Source: Candidatus Eiseniibacteriota bacterium (lineage in GTDB: Bacteria; Eisenbacteria; RBG-16-71-46; CAZAMP01). From it: a stretch of DNA of 64,000 nt. The notes under the pieces are model-generated. The model did not search any database. It was not told the DNA's origin and worked only from the letters and a program-made list of their open reading frames with translations. Made by a program: the position numbers and the translations under genes. Shown here piece after piece: positions 1 to 8,703 of the stretch. The stretch is taken from NCBI GenBank assembly GCA_965224245.1, contig OZ245046.1, positions 3,200,001 to 3,264,000 of the forward strand, read 5' to 3'. Every line of letters begins with the position of its first letter. Position 1 is the first letter of the stretch.

Positions 1-504
1 GACGATGCCGACGCTGACCGCCGCCACGAGCTCGACGATCGGGTCGCGACGCAGGACGCGGCGCTCGCGAAGCGTCCGCATGGCCTCGGCCAGCGCCACC
101 ATCGCGCCGGAGATCGCCGCGGTCCGCGTACCGCCGTCCGCCTCGATGACGTCACAGTCCACGATGATCGTGTTCTCGCCCAGCGCATCGAGGTCGACGG
201 CCCCGCGCAGGCAGCGGCTGACCAGCCGCTGGATCTCCGTCGATCGTCCCCCCTGCTGGGCCGAGCGCGGGGTGCGCTCCAGACCCGATCGAGGCAGCAT
301 GTTGTACTCGGCGGTGACCCATCCGGCGCCGGTGCCACGGCGCCAGCCGGGGACCCCTTCGGAGAAGCTGGCCGCGCAGAGCACCCGGGTCTCACCGAAG
401 GACACCAGACACGAGCCCTCCGCGTGTCGAAGGTAGCTCGTCGTCATGGTGATCGGTCGGAGCTGACCGGGCGTGCGGCCGTCGTGCCGCGCTCTCACGG
501 ACAT
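1..504 (-). CDS. rph: Ribonuclease PH (5' part; runs off window start)
   Basis: Hand translation from ATG at 504: [84 protein letters not shown]; follows murI as in the conserved murI-rph order. Not in the ORF track because it is truncated. Confidence 0.95.
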   Translation of the reverse strand, partial: MSVRARHDGRTPGQLRPITMTTSYLRHAEGSCLVSFGETRVLCAASFSEGVPGWRRGTGAGWVTAEYNMLPRSGLERTPRSAQQGGRSTEIQRLVSRCLRGAVDLDALGENTIIVDCDVIEADGGTRTAAISGAMVALAEAMRTLRERRVLRRDPIVELVAAVSVGIV

Positions 505-568
505 GGCTTCCTCCGGGGACGTCGACCGGTGACGTCGGGGCTCGGGGCTCTCGGCGCGTCGCGAGCCG

Positions 569-1393
569 CTAGCGTTCGTACCACGGAACGTCGCTCTGCT
601 CCACCGTTCGGACCGAGTGGAGGGGATGTCCCAGGAATCGTTCGCCGAGCCGCGCGAAGTCGGTGGCGGCGTCACTGGCGAAGCACTCGAGCTCGCCGCC
701 CCCGACCCGGTCCGGCGCCGCGAGATCGTGCTCACGCACCAGTCGCTCGAGCGCGTTGGCGGTCTCGCCGGCCGAGTCGACGAGCTCGACGTTCGCGTCC
801 AGGACCGACGCGATCGTGCCCGTCAGGAGCGGATAGTGCGTGCACCCGAGGATGACCGTGTCGACCCGTCCCTCGCCGAACGGGGTCAGATAGTGCTCCA
901 CGACGCGCCGGGGAACGTCACCGTCCACCCAGCCCTCCTCGACGAGATGCACCAGGAGCGGCGTCGCCACCTGGACGACCGCGACGTCGGCACGTCGGGC
1001 CGTCAGCGCCTCACGATACGCGTTCGATCGCACCGTGGCCGACGTTCCGATGACGCCCACGCGACCCGTTCGCGTCCGGGCCAGCGCGGCGGTGGCGCCG
1101 GGCTCGATGACGCCGAGGACCGGGATCGTCAGCTCGCGCGCGAGCGTCCCCAGCGCCATCGCCGACGCCGAGTTGCACGCGACCACGAGCGCCTTGACGT
1201 CGCGCCGGACCAGGAACCGCGTGATCTCGCGCGAGAAACGGGTGACCGTGTCCACCGACTTGTTGCCGTACGGCAGACGCGCGGTGTCGCCGAAGTAGAG
1301 AACGCGCTCGTTCGGCAGCGTACGACGGATGGCCGCCACCACCGTCAGGCCGCCGATGCCGGAGTCGAACACGCCGATCGGACGCTCGTTCAT
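569..1393 (-). CDS. murI: Glutamate racemase
   Basis: [31 protein letters not shown] and LGCTHYP catalytic motifs. Confidence 0.97.
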   Translation of the reverse strand: MNERPIGVFDSGIGGLTVVAAIRRTLPNERVLYFGDTARLPYGNKSVDTVTRFSREITRFLVRRDVKALVVACNSASAMALGTLARELTIPVLGVIEPGATAALARTRTGRVGVIGTSATVRSNAYREALTARRADVAVVQVATPLLVHLVEEGWVDGDVPRRVVEHYLTPFGEGRVDTVILGCTHYPLLTGTIASVLDANVELVDSAGETANALERLVREHDLAAPDRVGGGELECFASDAATDFARLGERFLGHPLHSVRTVEQSDVPWYER

Positions 1394-1405
1394 CGCATCG
1401 CCTCG

Positions 1406-1969
1406 CTACCCGATCTCGTCCGGCGCCAGATCTCGCAGCACGATCACGTCGCTGAGCGCGAGGCGTGGCTCGCGACTCGACAGCGGCTCCCCGTCGACGA
1501 GCAACGTCAGCGTGGAGACCTCGGCCACGTTGATCGTGATCGACTCGACGAGTGCGCGGATGGCCAGCCACCGCGTGGTGTCGCCGGCCTCGCGGGCGAA
1601 CGGCATCCCCTGCAGATCGATGACCAGGGCGTCGTCCGACAGGAACACGGACCGGACCCGACACCGGCGATCGAACAGGGACACGTTGCCCGCCGACGAG
1701 CCCCGAAGGAGCTCGGTCACCAGACGCTCGATGCGATCGGCGAGCGCGGGATCGTCGAGGATCTCGCGGGACTCCCGGACGAGCTCCGGTGCCGCCGGGT
1801 CGCCGAAGAACAGCGCGACCGGTCGCGTGCGGGGCGCGGCGTGCCCGGCCTCCACGATCCAGGGACTCGTCACGGTGGGCGCCGAGCGGAAGTACCGGAC
1901 CAGAAGCGCGACGGACCCCGCGACGACGACCAGACCCACGAGAAAGGCGATCCCCACGCGCCACCTCAC
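1406..1969 (-). CDS. GerMN-domain membrane-anchored protein
   Basis: GTG overlapping the amidase stop (GTGA); N-terminal TM, then VALFF..LVRESR..LVTELLRG..V..VFL..LVIDL..LVESIT.N..V..L.LLVDGE pattern; amidase-GerMN-murI context. Confidence 0.75.
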   Translation of the reverse strand: MRWRVGIAFLVGLVVVAGSVALLVRYFRSAPTVTSPWIVEAGHAAPRTRPVALFFGDPAAPELVRESREILDDPALADRIERLVTELLRGSSAGNVSLFDRRCRVRSVFLSDDALVIDLQGMPFAREAGDTTRWLAIRALVESITINVAEVSTLTLLVDGEPLSSREPRLALSDVIVLRDLAPDEIG

Positions 1970-3363
1970 CGGCCCACCTCCGTACCCGCGAACGCCTCGA
2001 CCGCGTCGCCGATCTCGTCGGCCAGGCGGTCGCGCGTTCGCTCCCAGCGGGTCTCGGTGAGCCGCGCGGCCACGAGCACCGCGACCGCCGGCATGTCGAC
2101 GCCCTCGAGCAGCTTCAGCGGGACCTGACGCACGTCCTCGCCCGCTCGATCGCCGCGCGTGGTCTCGCGCAGGATCCACTGGCCGAACGCCCGGCTCTGG
2201 TCGAGGTACTCGGCCTGCACGGCCGTCCACGGGACGAGGCGGTAGCCGGCCACGACCTCGGCCCGCGGCGTGTTCAGCGGGCGATGCACCGCGCACCGCA
2301 CCGGGACGAAGGTCGACGACGGGTACGCGTCCAGCTCCAGACTGATGAAGAGGTCGCCGCCGACCGCATTCGCCACCGCGGCCCGGTCCGCCAGCGCGAG
2401 ATCACGATCCTCGTTGCGCGTGAGGGTGACCTCGAATCCGGCGTCCAGCAGCCGATCGGCCAGGGCGCGGGCGAGGTCGAGCGTGAACCACTTCTCGCCG
2501 CGGCCGCCGCGGCCGGGCGTGGGCACCCCGACGTCACGGCCTCCGTGACCGGCGTCCACCACGATGCGCATGACCGGTCGGCGCGCGGTCGGCGGCTCGC
2601 CGCGGAGCGGCGCCAGTCCGTCGCGACGATCGCCGACGAGGAGCCTCAGGCGCGATTCGGCCCGTTCGCGCCACGCGTAGCCGTCGACGTCGTCGGTGAG
2701 GTGCAAGATGACGAGCGTCCCGTCCTCGCGGCGGTGCGTGTCGACGCTCTCGATCACGTTCTCGGCCCCCGCGGGGACCCGGACGTCGGTGGCGAAGCAG
2801 CCGGTCAGGAGCACGTCGAGCGCGCCCCCGGCCGCGGTGGCCGTGGGCCTGTCGGGAAAGAAACCGTGAAAGATGATCTCGGCGCCGTCCCCGTGCCGGC
2901 GAACGGTGAGCGAGTCGACGCGCGCCGCGCTCTCGCCGACGAAGAGGTATCCCCCCTGGTACGTCAGCCCGATCGTGGCCACCCGGGCGAGCACGTCGCG
3001 GACGAACTCCTCGGGAACCCACACGCCCCCCTCGCGCACGCGAACGGGCCGGGCCAGCTGCCAGGTGGTCGTGGCCCCGTGCACCAGACGCGAGTCGGCG
3101 AGCAGCCGGACCTCCTGCCCCTGCACCCAGACCGAGGTGACACCGGTTCCCCTGTCGGTGCGACGGCTCGCGCCGAGCGGCCGGAGCAGGTCGTTGAGGG
3201 CGAGATAGACACCCTCGTCGACGCGAAGCGAGGTGATCGACACCGGCTCGGCCGACGCGCTTCCCCCGCGACCCCACGTCGACGATGCGACCAGGACGAG
3301 CGCCGCCAGAAGCGCCGGCACCGAGCGGCCCGGCATCCGCGCGATGGACCGCCTCGCGCTCAC
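1966..3363 (-). CDS. N-acetylmuramoyl-L-alanine amidase family (Amidase_3) protein, signal peptide, degenerate active site
   Basis: IVVDAGHGGRD..EK..V.LTR.ED.DL.L.DRA..AN..DLFISL; start GTG 3363 (overlaps smpB stop) or ATG 3336. Confidence 0.85.
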   Translation of the reverse strand: MSARRSIARMPGRSVPALLAALVLVASSTWGRGGSASAEPVSITSLRVDEGVYLALNDLLRPLGASRRTDRGTGVTSVWVQGQEVRLLADSRLVHGATTTWQLARPVRVREGGVWVPEEFVRDVLARVATIGLTYQGGYLFVGESAARVDSLTVRRHGDGAEIIFHGFFPDRPTATAAGGALDVLLTGCFATDVRVPAGAENVIESVDTHRREDGTLVILHLTDDVDGYAWRERAESRLRLLVGDRRDGLAPLRGEPPTARRPVMRIVVDAGHGGRDVGVPTPGRGGRGEKWFTLDLARALADRLLDAGFEVTLTRNEDRDLALADRAAVANAVGGDLFISLELDAYPSSTFVPVRCAVHRPLNTPRAEVVAGYRLVPWTAVQAEYLDQSRAFGQWILRETTRGDRAGEDVRQVPLKLLEGVDMPAVAVLVAARLTETRWERTRDRLADEIGDAVEAFAGTEVGR

Positions 3364-3833
3364 TCGACGTCCCTCCGCAGACTGCGACGGATCTCGCGAT
3401 CGGCATCCCGCTTCGCGATCTCCTGCCGCCGATCGTACTGGCGCTTGCCTCGCACGAGCGCCAGGAGGACCTTCACGTGCGACCCCTTGAAGTAGAGCTC
3501 GGTGGGTACCAGGGTCAGTCCCTTCTCCTGGATCTTTCCACGCAGCCGGTCGATCTCGCGCCGGTGCAAGAGGAGCTTGCGCTTGCGGCGGGGCTCGTGG
3601 TTGACCCGGTTTCCCATCTCGTACGGGTTGATGTGCACGCCGATCAGGAAGACCTCGCCCCGATCGACGTCGGCGTAGGCGTCCACGAGCGACGCCTTGC
3701 CGCCCCGGAGCGACTTGACCTCGGTGCCGGTCAGGACGAGCCCGGCCTCGATCGTCTCCAGGATCTCGTAATCGTGGCGTACCTTGCGATTGCTCGCGAT
3801 GACCCGCTTTTCTCTGGTCCCGGTCTCGGCCAC
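3360..3833 (-). CDS. smpB: SsrA-binding protein SmpB
   Basis: NRKVRHDYEILETIEAGLVLTGTEVKSLR, NHEPRRKRKLLLHRREI, GKRQYDRR; GTG at 3833 with GGGAG RBS gives 157 aa. Confidence 0.97.
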   Translation of the reverse strand: MAETGTREKRVIASNRKVRHDYEILETIEAGLVLTGTEVKSLRGGKASLVDAYADVDRGEVFLIGVHINPYEMGNRVNHEPRRKRKLLLHRREIDRLRGKIQEKGLTLVPTELYFKGSHVKVLLALVRGKRQYDRRQEIAKRDADREIRRSLRRDVE

Positions 3834-3865
3834 CCGATCTCCCAGCCGCACCGTCGCGACATTCG

Positions 3866-3895
3866 TTGACACCTCCGGACACCGGTACGTACACT
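3866..3895 (+). promoter_or_regulatory. sigma70-type promoter for tRNA-Leu
   Basis: TTGACA-N18-TACACT, 12 nt upstream of the tRNA. Confidence 0.65.
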
Positions 3896-3907
3896 CCCCG
3901 CCCGGTT

Positions 3908-3994
3908 GCGGAAGTGGCGGAATTGGTAGACGCGCTAGGTTCAGGGTCTAGTGAGCGCAAGCTCATGGGGGTTCGAGTCCCCCCTTCCGCACCA
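3908..3994 (+). tRNA. tRNA-Leu (anticodon CAG)
   Basis: GCGGAAG/CTTCCGC acceptor stem, D-loop GGAATTGGTAGAC, anticodon arm CTAGG-TTCAGGG-TCTAG, long variable arm, GGTTCGAGTCC T-arm, encoded ACCA end. Confidence 0.97.
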
Positions 3995-4224
3995 TCGACG
4001 TCCCCGTCGTTCCCTCGCCCCACCGATCGGTCCCGGCTCGGCCCGATCAGCGGCGCGTCGAACGACGGTCGGCGCCGCCACGACATCGACGCGCCGGCGC
4101 ACCCTTCCGCGTCGGCGGATGGTAGCGCACCGGCGCGCCGCTCACAGCATCGAGTTGCCTCGATCGAGTCGCCTCGATGTTGCGCCCCTCTCGAGCACCT
4201 GTACCTACTTCCCTACACCTACTT

Positions 4225-4893
4225 CTACCTCCCTACTTCGCGTCCATCGGAGGGTCCGCCTCCTCGACCGGGGGTCAGGTAGAGCGACTTGATCGTCGAC
4301 CAGGGCTCGTCTCGAACCGGGGCCAGGCACTCGTTCGTGGCCCCCGGCGTGGGCGGACAGCCGGTCGCGATCGGCGGAGCCTCTCCGTCGTACGGATTGA
4401 GGCCGTCGAAGACCACCCAGACGTCGGGATCGGATGCCAGCCGACCGCCGGACCGATCGTCTTCGGCCTCCTCGTCGAGGTAGGTGATCTGATCGACCAT
4501 GACGGTGTCGGTCGCCGTCAGCTGCCACAGCCCGAGGACGCCGCCTCCGTTGGCCAGCCGCAGCCCGAACGCCGGATTGCCCGTCTCGCGCTCCCAGTCG
4601 TACGACTGGCTGCCGTACACGACGCGGACCTCCCCTGCCGGCAGCGTGCCCGAGAACTCGTAGCGCCACGTCGTGTCGGCCGATGCGAGGCGCCACCCGG
4701 TCAGGTCGACGGCGGCACCCGACAGGTTGATGATCTCGGCCCACTCGTCGTCGCGGCTGTGCACCACGGCGTCCCCGTTCCAGTCGCGGGCCGGGTCGGC
4801 CAGCACCTCGTTGATCGCCATCTCCGGCGCGGCGACCGCGACGGCGAGTGAGCCCACTGCGAGCACGATGTCCATTGTGTTGCTGCCTTTCAT
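4225..4893 (-). CDS. Secreted lamin-tail-domain (LTD) protein with near-terminal WSTIKSLY motif
   Basis: INEVLADP..DWNGD..DEWAEIINLSGAAVDLTGWRL..L.NGG..PTPGATN is the LTD signature; start ATG 4893. Confidence 0.8.
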   Translation of the reverse strand: MKGSNTMDIVLAVGSLAVAVAAPEMAINEVLADPARDWNGDAVVHSRDDEWAEIINLSGAAVDLTGWRLASADTTWRYEFSGTLPAGEVRVVYGSQSYDWERETGNPAFGLRLANGGGVLGLWQLTATDTVMVDQITYLDEEAEDDRSGGRLASDPDVWVVFDGLNPYDGEAPPIATGCPPTPGATNECLAPVRDEPWSTIKSLYLTPGRGGGPSDGREVGR

Positions 4894-4949
4894 GCGCGCT
4901 TCTCGCGCATCGGGTGTTGGTGCCCCGGGGAAGGCGTGGCGTGACGGGC

Positions 4950-6212
4950 TCATCGCCACGTCACGCGGGTTCCGAGAACGGCGTCCGTGCGGCCGTCGCG
5001 CGCCCGGACGGCGAGCGTCAGATCGAGGTCGCGATGCCGGACGCCGATGCGCCACGCACGCGCGCGCTCGCCGAGCGACAGCGAGCGGGTCGCCCCGGGC
5101 GCGAGACGGATCGAAAGCGACGACGCCCCGACATCGGCGAGCACCGTCGAGACGTCGAGTCGCGTGGCACCGCGCGTGCACCACGCGCGCGCACGCAGAC
5201 CGACCCGCACGTGCCCGTCCTGCTCCGCGGCATCCACACGGCACTCCCAGCGCCAGGCCGCCGGGGTCGTCGCCGGTGGTGGCGGAGGCCGGAGCGTGGC
5301 CCGGACCCAGACCGGACGCGCGTGCGGCACGCGGTGACCGGCCTCGAGAGCCACCGACCAGCCGGCTCGCCGTGCGCGCCATCGCAAACTCGAGTGGTGG
5401 CTCGTCCCGTCGCCCTGGACCCGGACGACGTGGCGGACCGAGGCGTGCCTCCCGCGGGCCGACCACGCGGCGACCCGCCCCGCCCCGCGTGACGCCCACC
5501 AGACGAGGTCGGTCGTGATGCCCGCCGTACCGGCACGGGCTCCCGCCCGGACGCGCGGGTCGCCGCCGATCCGCGACGCGCCGAGCACCACTCCGCGGTG
5601 GAGGCTCGATCGACCCAGCGCGATCCCCCAGTCAGGGGCGCCCGCAGCCGTGCCGTCGGTCCCCGAGCGAGCCTGCACCTCCCACGTGGATCCGGATCGG
5701 CGCGACCCGACCAGAACGTGCTGGACGCCCGCCGCACCGGCGCCGCGCAGGATCGCGATCCGCACACCGCCGAGCGAGGCCTCGACGCCCAGGTTGTCGC
5801 GTCGGCTGCGCGCGTCGGAGCTCTCGAGAGCGCGCCCGCCGCGCCACGGCCGGGTCGACGTCGGGGCGGCGGCCTCGTCCAGCGGGAGTCGTCCCAGGAG
5901 CCGGACACCCCCGACCAGGAGGCGCGTGCCCCGGAAGCTCGCCACGAGGGTTCCGAGCGGCGCCCGTCCCGGCTCGACGGCGACCCAGCCGGTGATCGGG
6001 CCGCGGACCTCGGCAGCGGTGCGGCCCGGGCGGTCGCGCTGCCACACCGAGGCGAGCCTGACCTCCGCACCCGCGCCCGCCGCCGCGACGAGCGCCGCCA
6101 GGCAGGCCGCCGCCGGTCTCGCGGCGCGGACGATCCTGGCGCGACCTCCCCCCTGGCCACGGCGCCCGGACGCGCACCGTGCCCGGGGGTCCGCCCGATC
6201 GCCGGCGATCAC
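4950..6212 (-). CDS. Hypothetical secreted protein, probable outer-membrane beta-barrel
   Basis: GTG overlapping upstream stop; signal-like AAACLAALVAAAGAGA; alternating amphipathic strands; ends LGTRVTWR. Confidence 0.55.
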   Translation of the reverse strand: MIAGDRADPRARCASGRRGQGGGRARIVRAARPAAACLAALVAAAGAGAEVRLASVWQRDRPGRTAAEVRGPITGWVAVEPGRAPLGTLVASFRGTRLLVGGVRLLGRLPLDEAAAPTSTRPWRGGRALESSDARSRRDNLGVEASLGGVRIAILRGAGAAGVQHVLVGSRRSGSTWEVQARSGTDGTAAGAPDWGIALGRSSLHRGVVLGASRIGGDPRVRAGARAGTAGITTDLVWWASRGAGRVAAWSARGRHASVRHVVRVQGDGTSHHSSLRWRARRAGWSVALEAGHRVPHARPVWVRATLRPPPPPATTPAAWRWECRVDAAEQDGHVRVGLRARAWCTRGATRLDVSTVLADVGASSLSIRLAPGATRSLSLGERARAWRIGVRHRDLDLTLAVRARDGRTDAVLGTRVTWR

Positions 6213-6994
6213 GGTCCGCCCCCGATCACCTGGAGCCCCGACGTCACGCCGAGCTCGAGATGTACCGCCGAACCGACGCTCACGACGACCGGCTCGGCCA
6301 GGTCGACCCGGAGCGTGACGACCGCGCTGGACAGATCCACCCGAACCGACCAGGCGAGCCGCTCTCCACCGGCGCCGATGCGCGTGATCAGCGCGGTCGC
6401 CGCATCCCGCTCGCTGGCCAGACCGATCTCGGTGAACCAGCCTCGCTCGGAGACCCGCGCTTCGGCGCGCCAGCGGTCGGGGTACAGGGCGTGAGCGCCC
6501 GTGACCGGCACGGCTGGCTGCGTCAGGAGCACCGACACGCGCCCGATCCTCGCGCGCCAGTGGGCGCCGACACCGGCGCCGTGCCGCGCGTCCTCCCCGG
6601 CGCGCTGACGTCGCCCGTCGACGACCAGCCCGAAGCCGCGTCCGCGAGGCCGCCAGCCGAGCGAAGTCCGGGTCTCGTCGTAGAACGTCGTCCCGACTCG
6701 GCCGACACCGAGCTGCACGCCGGCGATGACGACGGCGGCGGCCTGCGACGTGATCCCGGTCCCGCGGGGTCCCGACCAGGACGCCACGCCCCAGCGGGCA
6801 CCGCGATCGAGAAGTACCGTCGCCGGCGACGTCGGCCCCCGCTCGACGCTCGCGCCGACGGGCGATGGCGTGTCGGGACCCGCGAGCTCCGGAACCGCGT
6901 GAAACGAATCGGCCCGGACACCACCCGACATCAGCGCACCCCACGCGAGCGCGCTCGCCATCGCTGGTCCGATCGACCGAAGCGGTCGCGTCAT
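6209..6994 (-). CDS. Hypothetical secreted protein, possible beta-barrel
   Basis: ATGA overlap with upstream gene; signal peptide; C-terminal HLELGVTSGLQV strand-like segment. Confidence 0.6.
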   Translation of the reverse strand: MTRPLRSIGPAMASALAWGALMSGGVRADSFHAVPELAGPDTPSPVGASVERGPTSPATVLLDRGARWGVASWSGPRGTGITSQAAAVVIAGVQLGVGRVGTTFYDETRTSLGWRPRGRGFGLVVDGRRQRAGEDARHGAGVGAHWRARIGRVSVLLTQPAVPVTGAHALYPDRWRAEARVSERGWFTEIGLASERDAATALITRIGAGGERLAWSVRVDLSSAVVTLRVDLAEPVVVSVGSAVHLELGVTSGLQVIGGGP

Positions 6995-8622
6995 CGCCAG
7001 CTCACCGCGAGCGATGCGCGCTCACGCCCCCGCACGCGGTCGTCGACGAGGTGTGTCGCGACGACGACGTACAGCCCCGGCGACAGCGATCGCCCGTCGA
7101 TCGTGCCGTTCCAGCGGACGACTCCCCGATGTCCGCGACGCTCGGCGATGAGTCCACGCCCGCGCCCGTCGAGTCGGAAGAGCTCGAGACGGACGCGGCC
7201 GGCTGCCTCGCGAAACGCATAGACGATGGCGACGTCGGACGTGCCGGTCACGACGCGAGGCTCGACCCCGAGCCCCGACGCGCGCGGGGGATCGGCCCGC
7301 GCGCCGTTCGTGCGACCGGGCGTGGGGCCGAGCGGTGAGTCGACCCACATCGACGGGTCCGACCCGATCTCGTCGGGGCTCACGCGCTCGAGCGACGCGC
7401 CCTCGGAGGCGCCGCTCCAGGACACCGCGTCGATCACGGCGCCGGCCGCGTCGACCAGGTACAGGACGTCGCCGGTGTCGTTCAGCGACGGGAGCCCGAC
7501 CTCCCGGACGTCGGTGGCGTCGAGTGCCGGGTACGTGCCGAGGAGCCGAGCGGAGTCGGTCGTCAGCACGACGCGCGAGCCCCGGGGTCCCGACACCGGA
7601 ACGGCGACGGCGGCACCGGCGGCATCGCGGATCGTGACGACCGCCGGCGTCTCCACGTCCGAGCGCCACAGGAGCTCGATCCACTCGGGCTCGTCGGGAC
7701 GGGGGCGCGCGCGGACCTCGGTCACGACCACCTCGGGCAGCCCGATCCGGATCGCGACGCTCGCGCCCTCGTGCTCGACGCCGACCGCGGTCACCGGCAC
7801 GGCGTGCGATCCGGGACCGAGCGGGTCGATCGGGAGCTCGAGCGTGCGATCGGCACCGGGAACGAGCTCGGGGAGCGCCGCCGATCCGACGACGTCGGTG
7901 CCGAGGCGAGCCTCGATGCGAACGTCCGCGCCGAGGGCGCCGAGCCCACCGTTTCGCGCGACGAGGCGCACGGCGAGCGCGCGCCCCGGCTCCGCGAGCA
8001 CCGGCGCCGTCGCCGGAAAGCTCGGCATCAACGACACGAACCGGTCGGGGAAGTTGGTCGCGCCGGGCGTCGCGCGATCGGCCGGGACCCAGTCCGCGGC
8101 GTTGTCGTCGGTGTCCGCGCCGTCGGGGCGCCGGGCCAGGAGCCCCGGCGACGGATCGGGCGCGGGTCGACCCTCGGCGTACCCGCCGTGCGTGTGCGCG
8201 CCCCATCCCAGGAGATCCACCACGCGGCCGTCGACCCGTAGCCGGCACGCGTCCGGTCCGTTCTGGAGCCCGAGGGTCCGCGGAATGTCGCTTCGCGGAT
8301 CGTCTCCGATCACGAGACGGCCGCCGGCCGGCAGGCGCTCGCCCGAGCCCTCCCAGACCACGGACCAGTCGTCGGGAGCGGCCCCGTTGCCGCGCTCGAG
8401 CTGCCAGCGGCCGTCCAGGACGGCCGCATCGAACCCGGTGTTCATGAGCTCGACGTACTCGGCACCGGCGTCGGGGCCGTCGGGATCGTAGGCGACCTCG
8501 TTCAGGACGACGGCGCCCATCGCCGACGCCGCGAGAGCGGCCAGGGTGACGGCGGCCACGAACGACCGGCCGCCGGCGCGCGTGAGAGCCACGCGTACGC
8601 GCGAGTGAGTGTCGATCGACAC
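6991..8622 (-). CDS. Secreted protein with two LTDs, an Ig/CARDB-like domain and a C-terminal FlgD-Ig/T9SS-CTD-like domain
   Basis: VVLNEVAYDPDGPD..EYVELMN..ATPGATN; second VVVTEV..EPEWIEL..SLNDTGD..PTPGRTN; tail VRLELFRLDGR..VRWNGTIDGRSLSPGLYVV; GTG 8622 with GGAG RBS. Confidence 0.8.
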   Translation of the reverse strand: MSIDTHSRVRVALTRAGGRSFVAAVTLAALAASAMGAVVLNEVAYDPDGPDAGAEYVELMNTGFDAAVLDGRWQLERGNGAAPDDWSVVWEGSGERLPAGGRLVIGDDPRSDIPRTLGLQNGPDACRLRVDGRVVDLLGWGAHTHGGYAEGRPAPDPSPGLLARRPDGADTDDNAADWVPADRATPGATNFPDRFVSLMPSFPATAPVLAEPGRALAVRLVARNGGLGALGADVRIEARLGTDVVGSAALPELVPGADRTLELPIDPLGPGSHAVPVTAVGVEHEGASVAIRIGLPEVVVTEVRARPRPDEPEWIELLWRSDVETPAVVTIRDAAGAAVAVPVSGPRGSRVVLTTDSARLLGTYPALDATDVREVGLPSLNDTGDVLYLVDAAGAVIDAVSWSGASEGASLERVSPDEIGSDPSMWVDSPLGPTPGRTNGARADPPRASGLGVEPRVVTGTSDVAIVYAFREAAGRVRLELFRLDGRGRGLIAERRGHRGVVRWNGTIDGRSLSPGLYVVVATHLVDDRVRGRERASLAVSWR

Positions 8623-8703
8623 GATCGTCTCCAGCCGGGGAAGGACGGGACCGGGGGGAACGAAACGGGGAGAATGCACGCGGAGCGGAACGGATCGAAC
8701 GAC

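Noticed and set aside
3908..4224. tRNA-Leu as an island or prophage attachment site
   Set aside because: No integrase, no duplicated tRNA 3' end seen and no evident composition shift downstream
3360..4224. tmRNA (ssrA) next to smpB
   Set aside because: The adjacent RNA is a standard tRNA-Leu; no tmRNA ends or tag-peptide frame recognised
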